Shown here piece by piece: positions 14,024 through 26,645 of a stretch of 64,000 bases of DNA. The position numbers and the translations under genes are program-made. Below the pieces are notes generated by a model. It saw nothing but the letters and a program-made list of their open reading frames with translations, was not told the origin of the DNA and did not search any database. This DNA comes from Geosiphon pyriformis uo1 (Eukaryota; Fungi; Glomeromycota): NCBI GenBank assembly GCA_016748015.1, contig JAAOMT010000468.1:744001-808000 (forward strand). The letters run 5' to 3'. The stretch's first letter is position 1, and each line of letters opens with the position of its first letter.

Positions 14024-14449
14024 TCGCCAGAATAAATAATCTTTCGCTTTGTATAGTTCACGAAAAGTTTAGTGTATAATATTGAGATGCGAAACTTTTC
14101 CAGCACAAATTTGATTTTTTTTGGTCCATGATATAATTTTATCCAAAGGCTATATATTGGGATTATTAGAAATTCTTACTACGTTCAAATTACTCGAAAT
14201 TTTAAAATAAAACCAAAATGAGTCATCCATATTAACGGTCGAAAAATCAAATTTGGATTAGCCTCGATAGAAACAATTTTGTACATGGTGTTAATAGGAC
14301 ATTGTCATAATTAATGTTGCTATTATTGGATCAGATGAGTTTTGCTTTTTATACTCTATGTAACTAAATATATGTGTCATTGGCAAAAAATAGCATTACG
14401 AAAGGCTTTGATTTTTAGTTTTTGATGTTAAAATTTGGTTGTTGATTAT

Positions 14450-15700
14450 TAGAAGATTTATTGCTAAATTTAAGATAAAAGCTAATTAAAGCTTTAGTTT
14501 TAATCTATTTAAATTACAACAAACTATTTATAATTGTAACTAATATATTAAAAACAACATTAAAAGCAGTTTTATCTTAATAAAACCAAATAATTAAGAG
14601 CATACAATAGCATATGTTAGCAAAAACTTGAGTTTAACAAAAAAAACTATGGAATACCAACATTAAAACACTAAGCAATCTACTAAATAATTCTTAAATA
14701 AAAAAATATCTTGATAAACTATTTAATAAATAATAAAAATACCAAATAAAAAACAGTACTATTACTATTTAAATACAAAATATATTATAAAAAAATAAAA
14801 TAAAAATACTAATAGTTTATTATAAATAAATAAATAAAAAAAAATAGTAACTATAATACTATCACAAATTAAAATAAATAATTAAATTTATTAATATTTG
14901 TGCCAATATATTAATTATTGCCAGTTTAATAAAAAGTTATTTTAAAATAAACAAAACAAAATACATTATTAATTTAGATATTATCTTATTTATTAAAATA
15001 TATTATATTAAAAGAACAAAAAAAAATCAAACAAACTATTAAAAATAATAACAAAACAAAAAAAAAACAGTTTTGTTACAAAATATTTTAACTGTAAAAC
15101 AATAATTAAAAAAACCAAGATATTATACTATTAATTAATTATGTATCTAAATATTATCTAATACATACAAAATTATAATATTTATTAAAAAAAAACCAAA
15201 TTAAGTAAACTATTAAACCAATTAAAATTAAACAATTATTTAATTAAATTAAAATTAACTTAATTAAATTATTATTTATAATTATTAAAAACAATAAATA
15301 CATAATTATTGCCATAAATTATTTAATTAAATAGCCAAAAACCAAAATTATTTAAAAAATTAATGCTAAATTAGTAGTTAAATTTGTTTATTAAAACTTA
15401 ATATGTTAATATAAATATTGTTATTTATAAAATAAGACAAAATAATAATAATAAATAAAATAAAATATAATTAGCCAATAATATAGCATAAATTATCAAA
15501 GTATATAATATTAAAATATTAAAAATTCTAATAATAACTTAAAAAAAGGGTAAAAAATTTTATATTATAAAAATTTATATATATAAAGTAACAATAATAA
15601 AAACAAAAAAACAGACAAGTTCAGTTTTATTTTTATTAAATAACTTTAACAATTAAAAATTTAATACTTAAAATAAACATAATACCAAAAAAAACTATAT
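14450..15700. repeat. Extremely AT-rich tract, probably terminally decayed repeat
   Basis: Abrupt loss of CpG and G/C after the gene island; no interpretable ORF. Confidence 0.5.
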
Positions 15701-15840
15701 ATATAAAAACTTCTTTCTTTCTTTCATCCCAAATTCCTGAAAAAGAGTCATATTTCGAAAGAAGTTTTTTCTGTTATTTTATACTGTCTTCCAACACTTT
15801 ACAAAATCCTAATCATTTTGTTGTTGATCTGGCTGTTCCC

Positions 15841-17688
15841 ATGAGTGGTACTGGTGCTAAAATGAGGTCGATTAGAGTTCTAACTTCTGGTTCAGTTGGT
15901 AGTGGTTCAAGCCATATGACCAGGAAAGCTCTCAGTGGTGCTAAACTCTCAAGTAATGGTGTGACTCTCAAAAGTAGTAGGTCTGGTCAAGTGGTCGGGC
16001 AGTTTAATAGCATGGATACTAATGAGGAAGCTTCCGATAGTAAAGGAGTATCTAATTCCAAGATAAATACACTTCAAGCCAAGTGTTTCAATAATGGTGT
16101 GGTTATTGGCTCTCCCTTCAGCTCTATTAATTATGACATGGAGAAGGAAGAAGAGGTTTCTCTTTCCTTCTGTATGTCCTTCTCTTTGGATAAGGTGTGG
16201 ATTGATCCCAAAATTATTAAAACTCAGGTGGAAATAGTGGTGAAAAAATTTTTCACTTTGGACATCAATTTTTTGGCTGTAGAAGAAAAATCGGCAACAG
16301 CCAAAACTCAAGTCATAAGAATATTATTTTCTAGAATTAATGGTTTTGGGGGGGCCACTACCTCTTCAAAATTTGAAAAGATCATCCGATCAACATTTAC
16401 ATCAAAGAAAAGCATGAAAAAGGCCGTATCATTGGCTGGGGAAAATAAGATCATTGTAAACACCAATCTCAAAAAACAAGAAGTGCATTCAGATTGGGCT
16501 GTAGTAATCAAAGAAATTCCCATGAACACATCAAAAGATATGATTGTCGCTGCAGTATCTAAATTTGGAGAAATTAAATCAATCAAGATTCAGTTGATTG
16601 GAATGTGACAGAAAGCTGTGGTGGAATTTGCTGAATCTAGTCAGGCTGATGTGTTGGCTTCAAAATGGTCGTTCCTAATCAGGAAAGATTCTGTGCGTGT
16701 GGCAAAAGCTGTGAGAGATCATGATATCTGGGCTTTTAGAGATTGTTTTAGGGTGCTTTTGTTTACTTTGCTAGTGAGAACAACTGCACATGATCTTAGT
16801 AATCTTTTAGATAATACTGGTGGCAAAACTTGTGTTATTAATCATTTGTTGAACACTGGCAATAGAGTTTATTGTGCTGTGGTTGGCTTTGAATCTGAAA
16901 ATGATCTGAATTCTGCTTTTCTCACTAAGCCTGTTTTTGGTGGTGTTCATCTCTCATGGGCTAGATTGGATTTGGTTCAGTGTAGAAAGTGTGGGCGTTT
17001 TGGTCATTTGGCTCTGAAGTGTGATGCGTCGGATATGTCATCTTTTGATCTTTTGAGTTCATTTATTAAAACATGTGTTTCTGGTGTAGATCGTTTTTGG
17101 TTGGCCAAATTATATGCAAAGAAAAATGTTCCTATCTCTCGCCCTGCTGCCTTTGGTGGCAAATCATGGGCTCAGGTAGTTTCTCTTGCTTTCTCTTCTG
17201 GTGGCTCTCCTTCTGGTTCCAGTCTTGGTGTTGGCTTCTCTTCCCCTGCGACTTCGGGTTTAGGTGATAGTTCTCCCTTTTCTACAATTACTGATTTTTT
17301 TTTAAATGCTCATTTGGCGTCTTTGAAATGCTTTTTCAAGCTGTTGGCTAACCAGGTTTCTGATATTTTGAGAAAATTGAGTTTTGTTGAATTGGTGCCC
17401 ATGGTTCCATCTGCTGGTGCTCCTCTTTTGGTTGGCTCTGTGTCTTTGGTCCCTGTTTTAAATTCTAATATGGCTCTAAATAGTAAGTTGACATCGTCCA
17501 CTCCTCATCTTCCAAATGCTGATTTGGGTGCTGGTTTCAGTTCAAGTAGTTCGAAGGTTCTAACTACCAAGATGGGTGGTTTGGAGTCTAAAATGTCGGC
17601 TCTAAAGGCTTTTGTCAATTTTGTTTTGGCTAGGTTAGATCTTTTGTGTTCTGGTTTGAGTTCTCTTTTACCTCTTTCTTCTCAATGA
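15841..17688 (+). pseudogene. LINE ORF1 (RRM-like domains + CCHC knuckle), one premature stop
   Basis: VVIKEIP...SKFGEIKSIKIQLIGM*QKAVVEF RRM-like segment; CRKCGRFGHLALKC knuckle; TGG>TGA stop at ~16606. Confidence 0.9.
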
Positions 17689-20600
17689 GTGCTTTGACAT
17701 GGAAAATTGCAACATGTAATGTCCAAGGTATCAATGTTCCTATGAAGCAGGTGGATGTTTTCTGTTGGCACATAGATTCTGGTTTGACGGTGTCTTTTGT
17801 TACTGAGACAAAATTAAGGTCTTCTATTGGTCCTTAGATCAAAGATAAATTTGATGGTGTTCGAATTTTTACTTTTGGTTTAGACATTGGTTTTTTTGGT
17901 GCTGGTGTTGCCATTATCATGAACAATTCTTTGGCTTGTCATGTTTCTAAGGTTGAAAAGGTTTCTGGCTGGGTTATTACTGTGCAGCTTTTGTTCAGGA
18001 ATAAACTTTCAGTTTTTATTATTGGTTTGTACACTGGTGCCTCTTCTGGTGTTTGTTTTGGTCAGGCTTCTGAGGTGAATTCTCTTATTGCTAAGGCTAT
18101 TAACTCCAGTATCTTTGTTGTTCTGGGTGGTAACTTCAACAAAAATGGATCAGAGAGGAATGCAAGTTTCAAATTCTGCTCGGGTTTGGGTTTGGTCAAT
18201 TCATTGGTTGGCCAACCTTTGGTTGGGGCTTCTACATGGAGTAATTCTAGGGAGGTCGAGAGAATTTGGTTTCAGCTGTTGCTGACCATAGGGTTGGCTC
18301 TGTTTCAGATTTTTTTGATACTGATCACAATGCTGTTATGGTTTCTATTGGTTTGGATGGACTCTTAGATGTCTGATTGAATAGCTTGCACAAGCAGACT
18401 AACAAGAATCATTGGAAGTTTAATATCAAGAATGCTAATAATGCTGGATGGTTTCGTTTTAGGAACTGCTCTTCTGCCATGATTTTGGATGTAATGGATG
18501 AATTTTATATCACTGCTACAAAACTAGATTTGGATATTATGTAGTTGTTGCTAAAGAAGGTGTTGGTGAATTTTGCGGATAAGACGTTTTCTCGGTGTTG
18601 GTTTAATGAGTTTTGGTGTTCAAAAAACAAACATTCATCTAAGTTTCTGGGCTTGGAATTGCTAATTGTCAAAATTGTCAAAAAGTTTGGCTCAGCTGAT
18701 ACTTCTGATTTTGATCGCCTTGTGCAGAAGTGGTCTATGTTAGATGCTAATAAGGCTCTTGTGTTGGTGGATATAGTTCGGTCTGGTTGAAGGGGGGTTG
18801 ACATTCTCAAGTTTTTATCAATTATCAAGAGAGTGTACAGAAAATCCAAAATGTATGAATCAAAATTGTTACAAGAGACCTCTATCAGGGATGCTATTGA
18901 GAAGTGCATGGAAAACTTTTGTTCTAACAAAGGTAGCATGATTAGGAGTGTTTTAGATTGGCCCTTTTGGAAGGTTGTTCTGAATCATTTGGTTGTTGAT
19001 AATGAGCTTGTTTTGGAGCCGGAGGAAGTGAAATTGAAGGTTGATGAAATTATGGAGGGTTGGACAAGGAGGTGGGTGGTGCCTTCAGTACTGCCAGACC
19101 TTTGGGCCCATCAGTATGCTCCCCTGGCTCATGTTAAAGATGATACTTTTTCTGGTGTTATGAGTGCAGTCAGTTTAAATGAGTTGCTTTTGGTCATTGG
19201 TGGTTTGCCCGATGGTAAAGCTACTGGCTTATCCGGCATCCCTAATGAACTTTGGAAACATAGTGGTGAGAGGGTGATGGAGTGTCTCTTGGTATTGTTA
19301 AATGCATGTCTATCTGTTGGTTCTGTGCCTGCTTTGTGAAAAAAAGCCTGGGTCTCAATGATTCCAAAACCTTATGATTGGGATGGAGTTTTAACAAATA
19401 CTCACCCTATTGCTCTAATTGAAACAGCCAGGAAAATTCTCTCCAAAATTCTCTTAGACAGGATCTCCTTAGTATGCAACAAGTTCGATGTTCTCTGTGG
19501 TGACAATTTTTTGGTGCTGAAAGATACTTCTACTCAATCTCCTGTGTTCGCTGTTGGATTGGTGATTGAAAATGCTTTTGAGAAGAATAGGGAACTTTGG
19601 TTGGTTTTGCAGGATATGCACAAGGCATATGATTCTGTTGGTTGGCATCACTTGAGAGCTAGCCTGCATCGTATCAAAATGTGTAAAAAATTTATTGGCT
19701 TGTTTGGTGGTATCCATATGAATAGGATTAATAAAGTGATGACTGATTTTGGTCTTTCAGGTAGTTATAGAGTGCATGATGGCCTTGATCAGGGTGAAGT
19801 CTTTTCGCCTCTTTTTTAGAAAATTTTTTATGATCCACTTTTGTGTGAAATTAAAAGGCATAAGCATTTGTGTGGATATTGCGTTGATACTAAGTTTGTG
19901 GTGAAAACTGGCAGGATTGAGAATAGTAATGAGATGACTTCCTTCTTTGCAGCTGGCGCTTTTATGGATGATATGATTTGGATTGAAGATTGCCAGGCTT
20001 CTATGCAGTATGCTTTGAACATTGTTAGTGAGTTCTTTTTTATTAATAATATTTCTATAAACAATGAGAAGACAGTGGCCATACTGATTAATCAGAGTGT
20101 TAAGGTTGCTTCTTTAAATATATGTGGTCAGCCAATTTCTATTGTAAAGAAGAGTGTGGCTCACAGATATTTGGGAATTTTTTTGTCAACTAAGGGGTTG
20201 TCCAAACCCAGTCTGGCTAAGGCTCACTTAGATGTTTGGTTTTTCATCAATGTGGTCCTTAGAAAAGTGATTATGGATAAGCAGTTTTCCTATTTGGTCT
20301 CAGCTGTATTACAGCCCATTGTTAATTATTAGACATAGTTTAGTTTTGTTTCATCTGGTGTGTGCTACAAGTGGGATGTTTTGGTCAAAAAGAGTCTCAA
20401 ATCCAAAGCACATCTGCCTCGTGATTTTCCTGATTCTGCTCTGCATCATCCTTCACTGTATAGTCTGAAGTCTTTTGAGCAAGTACAGTCTGAGGGGAAG
20501 GTAGCTTTTTTGATCTTTTTTGCTAATGCCTCTGGCATTCTTGGCCACTTGTTTGAGCATAGATTTCTGGACTTGCAGGTTCTGGGTTGGGCTCCTTTGA

Positions 20601-22348
20601 ATTCTTTTTAATTTTCTGTTAAGTTGCATGTTAGTCCGGTGAACAATTTTTTGGCAGGTATTGTAAAGATTCTTTTGGACAATAATATCTCTTTGGTAAA
20701 CAACATTCCTAGTGCTTTTCGTCATCCTGGTCGTTTTTTGATGTCTACAATTCTTGGGAAGTCTTTTTACTTTAGTTCTGTTTGGTCTCTTAAATGCTTT
20801 GGTGTTGCCTTTGGTGATCAGCTTTTTAATAAGAAGGGAAAGTTGTTGGATTGGAAAACTTTTCGTTACTGGAAACGTTTGGATCCTCAGAGCCCTGTGC
20901 CTCATTGGTTTGCAGTCACTTCCAAGTTTTTTCTGGATCAGGGTTTTTTCTTCCTGGGCTTTACTGGTGCTGTCCATTCTGGTGGTTTGAGTATTATAGA
21001 CTTTGATGTGTTTTCTTTTGTACAGAATGGTTTACATAAAATTTGGTCTGGTTGTTTTGAAGTGTATACAGATGGATCTTTAAGGAGTACTGGATCTGTT
21101 AATGTGTTGAGTGGTACTGCTGCGTACTTCCTGGCTTTGGATTTGAGTGTTGGTGTCAGGGTTTTTGGTCTTTTATCTTCTACTATGGCTGAGTTACAGA
21201 CTGTTGCTCTGGCTTTAGCATGTGTTCCGGCATCTTGTTCTGTGGTTTTGCATCTCGACAGCCAAGCTGCCATTGATCCTTGTGTCTTTGAGTTATTGTT
21301 TCTTATTCCGGACTTTCATAATCACTGCTGAATTGAAAGAAGACATATTTTTAACTTGATTAGGAATAAAAATCTCAGTGTAAGTTGGGTCAAAGTCAAA
21401 GGTCATGCTGGTGTTCTTGGCAACATAAGAGCCGATAAGTCTGCAGGTGAAGCTGCTGGCTCTTTCTACATTTTGCCAATAGAGATATGAGAGCATTGTT
21501 TGATGGCTGAGAACACTGTGATTTTGGGCAACACCCGCCACTTTGTTAGGAATGTGTTTAGATCTGTTTGTCATGCTCGCTGGAAGACTAGTCCAGGCTG
21601 AGATGTGGTCTCAGTTGACATGCTGGGGGATTTTAATTGGGCTGCTTCGGCAAAGGTCTGGCATCCTGACTCACATATGCTTGCTGGGTTTACTAGCCAG
21701 AGATCGGCTGATCTTCGAACATATTTAATGAAGGCTGTACACAAAAGGTTGCCGGTGACTGTCAGAAAAAGATTATATAATAAATGTTACCCAAGTGTTT
21801 AGTGTTTGTTGTGTGGGAAGGTGGAACTACCAGACCATGTTTTTACTTGTTTACAGGATATTTACACCTGGACGGAAATTTTGCTGGAGACTTCTGCACG
21901 CTGAGCATCTTTGGTTGGCAATTGTGATCTGTTTTCCTCTTTTGTTTTTAAGGTTCTTGATTCTTGTTGCTTGGATGTTGACAGGTATTCGGTTTTGTGT
22001 AAGGGTTTTGTGATGAAGAGTTGGTGTGTTGAGTCAGTGGGTGTTTTTGAGGATACTGGAAAAGCCTCCAGAGTGGTGGTTGAGTTTGTGAGGTTCTTGG
22101 TTAAGCTGCATTGATCCAGAATCTGGTTGGTTAGATCTAAATTCAGAGCAAACATGGAGAAGACTGGCTTGGTTGGTGATAATTGTTTGGTTTTGGGTTT
22201 GTCGTGTGAGGTGTACTCTGTGCTTTCAGATAGTGTGGTAAGGATACTTGGCATTGCTAAGTCTTTTGCTGTCAGTTTTGGATGTCATGGGCCTTGCCTT
22301 TTTTTTTCGAGTCTAGATAGTAGCCCCCATGTTTATATAGGTGTGTAG
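17685..22348 (+). pseudogene. LINE ORF2: apurinic endonuclease, reverse transcriptase, RNase H, C-terminal CxxC..H..C
   Basis: WKIATCNVQG/VTETKL/LGGNFN (APE); PIALIE, LQDMHKAYDSV, GLDQGEVFSP, AFMDD, YLGIF (RT); VYTDGS, AELQ, HLDSQ, WVKVKGH (RNase H); several premature stops and a frameshift. Confidence 0.93.
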
Positions 22349-23578
22349 TGTTGCCTAGTCTGGCCTGAGTGGCTAGTTGTATGTAGTCTTTGCATGAGTT
22401 ACATTTAGTTTGAGCCACTTAGTTTGGCTCTATGTACTATATAGCAGTTGAATTTTACTCATTAAATGCAAAAAAAAAAATAAAAAAAAATAAACACTTA
22501 TTTAAATAAAATTATTATTAACAAATACTAAAATAATAACTTTTAATTATAATTATTAACAAAATATTAATTTATTTTTTTTTTATTTTTTTTTATTGCT
22601 GTTTTTTGTTTACTAATTAATTAAAAAATACTAAAATTATGATATTAAAAATTGTTTAATAAAATATACAATAAATATATAATTAATTAATTAATTAATT
22701 AATTAATTAAATTACTTACTAAAAAAGTAAAAAATACTAAAATCAATCAATTATTATATCAATAAAATTAATAAGTTTAGTAATGAACTTCTTTTTTTAA
22801 TAAACATTTGGTTATCTTTAAACAATAATAGAGCTTTAAAGATTCAAATTTTGTTGAATTCTAATGCTGATTTTAATAGTATAAAATCTGTTTTTTTTGC
22901 CATAAAAAAATTATATTGTGTCTTTAAACTTGTTGAATTTCTAAGAGCTGAGAAATCTCATATTAGATTTGCTATTAATAAGTGGATAGAGAGCTTTGTT
23001 GTCAATAAGAGTTATATGATTAGAAGTGTATTAGAGCATTTTTTCTAAAAAGTTGTGTTGAATTATTTAGTTGTTAATAGTAAGTTGGTTCTGAATTTTG
23101 TTAAAATTAAGTCTAAGATTAATAGAATTATAAAGAATTGAACTAGAAAGAGAATAGTGTTAAACAGTATTTCTAACTTGTGGCATTGACAATATTTACT
23201 ACTGGTTTATATTGATAATACTGCTTTTTCCAATATTATAGATGTTATTAGTTATAAAAATATAATATATGTAATTAAAAACCTACTTGATAGGAAAATT
23301 GTTGATTTGTTTAATATCACAAATAAGTTTTAGAAATATTGTGATGGTTCTGTTTTTGCTATGTTTTTATATTTTTTGAACTTTTGTTTAATACATAAGT
23401 CTGTTTCTTAATCTTAAAAAAAAGCTTGAATGTTAATAATTCCTAAACTTTATGAATAAGAGTGTGTTTTAATTAATACTAAGCCAATCACATTGATTAA
23501 GACTGCCCAAAAGATTTTTTCTAAGTTACTTTTTAATAGAATTTTTTTGGCTTATAGTAGATTTGATGCTCTTGATAA

Positions 23579-24389
23579 TGTTACAGATGATTATTTGAAG
23601 TCTCAAATCAAATAACAAACCCATAACTTGGTGCTTAATGGCTGTTTTCATTGGTAATATTTGAAGATTTTGGTTAAGTCTTTTATATAATGAACAGAAA
23701 TTCACTTATTGTTTTATCTGTAGCCTCCTGAAATGGCAATTCTATTGAATTTTTTTCTCAGTGTGGTGGCTGGTAATTCTTCTGGTAAATTATTCTCAAA
23801 TCTATGAGTTTTCTACCCTTGTTTTATGGGTTTTTTACCAGTCCCTATGACGTTTGTAACTCAATACTTTTAATCCTTAATCAATTAGTAAACCAAAACA
23901 AAAAATAACAAAAGAAAAGAAAATAAAAGAAAATAAAAAAATAAGCCAAGACAATTAATATTAGTATCCTGTCAATAACTATAATCAAGAGCTATTGTTC
24001 CAGCATGATCAAGTATTTGATACTATCAACATGAAGTGTTAATAGTGAAGAGTGGGTTAAGATAGCAAATAATTATTTATTGATATTTGTGAATTAGAAG
24101 GTTGTTTAGACAAAATCTAAATGAAAAGATCTCTTTTTTCTATTTCTAACACTACTGCTATATATACATAATTAAGATTTTTCAATTCCTTAATTTTTTA
24201 CACCAGGAATCCTGCAATTTTTTTGAGAGAAATTCTGGAATTCTGAAATCTTGCAATTCCTCTGAGAATTCTGAAATTCCTGGAATCTTGCAATTCTTTT
24301 AAGAGAAATCCTGAAATTCTATATTTACTATGTCTATCTCTGATTGGCTAATTTATATATAATATATTTCTTATATTCTATAAGTAACA
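23579..24389 (-). mobile_element. Solo LTR related to gypsy family B (diverged subfamily)
   Basis: TGTTACA...GTAACA termini; shares ATAACAAACCCATAACTTGGTGCT, ATCAAGAGCTATTGTTCCAGC, GAATTCCTG repeats and CTGATTGGCTAAT with the LTR at 40309. Flanks ATAA/GTGG fit a GTGG TSD with G>A decay. Confidence 0.88.
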
Positions 24390-26645
24390 GTGGTAACAAC
24401 TTTTTAGTATTAAAGAAGATTACCATCTAGTCTCCTATCTTTGCAATTGGTTCTGTAGTTAAGGATGCTTTGGAGAAGAATTATAAACTTTGGCTGGTTT
24501 TGTAGAATATACAGAAGACTTATAACTCTGTAGATTGACATCATTTGAAGAATAGTTTAGTTTGGATTAAAATATATAAGAAATTTATCAGATTTTTTGG
24601 AAGTATTTACAATAATAGGATTAATTAAATTATAATTAATTATAGTTTGATTAATTAGTACTATATACATAATGGTTTAGACCAAAACAAAGTTTTTTTT
24701 TTCTGCTCTAGAGAATTATTTATGATTCTTTCTTATATAAAGTCAAAAGACATAAAAGCTTGTATGGTTACTGTATTGACATTAAATTTGTTGCCAAAAC
24801 TAGCAGAGTAGAAAATCAGAGTAAATTGTCTTTATTTCTAATTGCTAGTGTTTTTATTAATAATACAATTTGGGTGAATAGTAGTTAGCCTGTCACTTAG
24901 TATATTTTAAACATTATAAGTAAATTTTTTAGTATTAATAACATTTCAATTAACAATAAAAAAACAGTGGCTGTTTTTATTAACCAAAGAGTCAGAGTTG
25001 TTTTATTATTGATCAGTGGCATGCTAATTTTTATTACACAAAATAGGGAGTTTTATAAATATTTTAGTATTTTTTTATCTTTTGATGATTTATTCAGACT
25101 TAGTTTAAAGAAAGCTCATTTAAATATCAGGTTTTTTGCCAATATAGTCTTAAAAAAAGCTATCTCAAACAAGCAGTTCTTTTATTTGGTTTTGGCTGTG
25201 CTTTAATCTATTGTTGATTACAAGACCCAATTTAGTTTTGTCTCTAAAAATGTATGCAACAAATAGAATATACTAATTAAAAAGGGTTTGAAAATAAAAG
25301 CTAGCTTATTTAAGAATTTTTCCAATAAAACTCTTCATTATCTATTATTGTATGGTTTGAAATTTTTTGAGCAAGTGCAAGTAAAGAGTAAATTAGCTTC
25401 TTTATTATGTTTTTCAAATGCTGGTAGAATTCTCAGTCATTTGTTTAAATACAGATCTTTAAATTTATAGGTCTTGGGTTAGTTTTTTGTCTATTTTTTG
25501 CAATATTCTATAAAATTAAGAGTCAATCTGATTAATAATTTCCTAGCTGGTATAGTAAAAATTATTCTGAATTATAATGTTTATTTCATTAATTTTTTTT
25601 TCTTTGTATTTTGTTTTTCTGGTGGCACTTTTATGTCCTCTGTTTTAAAGAATTTGGTATATTATAATGTTTTTTGTTTGCTCAAAAGATTTGGTATTGC
25701 CTTTGTTGAATAATTGTATAATAAAAAAAGATTGGTTTTTAATTAAAAGTGTTTTCATTATTGGAAAAAACTTGATCCTAAAGATCCAGTTCTTGCTTAA
25801 TTCAAGTTGGTTTGTAATTACTTGATAAATTTTGCTCTGTGTTTTAATGTTTAGTCATCCATTAGCACCTTTTAATTTGTAAATGTTTTAAGTACTGGCA
25901 AGTTTTTTTCAGTTAAACAATGTCTCTCTAGTGCTGATTTGGATGTTATTAATATTTACACAAATAGATCTTTAAAGAACTTGGGCACTTGTGGAATAAG
26001 ATGTAATGCAACTGTATTTTTTGCCAACTTGAATCTAAGTATTAATGTTAAGATTGGTAATTTGGTGTCTTCTATGATGGCAGAATTACAGGCAATTGCT
26101 CTGGCTTTAGAGTGTGTTTCAGTTTCTAGTTATGTTAAGATATATTTAGATAGTTAAACTGTTTTAGATGTGTGCTGCAGAATTGGTTATGATTTCATTT
26201 AACTTTTGCAATTGCTGTTGGCTTAAAAAATGAAGTGTTATAAACTTTATTAGATATAAGAATCTCAATGTTTCTTGGATTAAAGTCAAAGACCATTCAG
26301 GTGTTTTAGGTAATAAGCATGCTAACATGCTGGCTAACTTGGCTTCATATTTAAATTTGTTATTCTCTGTTCTTGTTAAGAAAAAATATATTAGTATTAA
26401 TAGAATAGCAGTATCCAGAAATGGTTATTATTTTATTTGTGATATGTTTAGGGCTATTTATTATGTTTATTGGAAAATTGGATCTGGTTCTGGTGTTATT
26501 TGTAAAGCCATAATTAGGAATGTGAATTAAGTTCAGACTTTATCAATTTGGCACTCAAACTTATATATGACATCAGATTATACATATAAAGCTATTATTA
26601 ATTTATGCTTCTATTTTATAAAAGCTTTGCATTATTGCTGGCCAG

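Larger units (their letters stand above)
15705..22495 (+). mobile_element. Full-length LINE (non-LTR retrotransposon) with RNase H, inactivated
   Basis: 5' hairpin, ORF1, overlapping ORF2 (APE-RT-RNaseH-Cys motif), structured 3' UTR and poly(A) at ~22470-22495. Confidence 0.95.
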
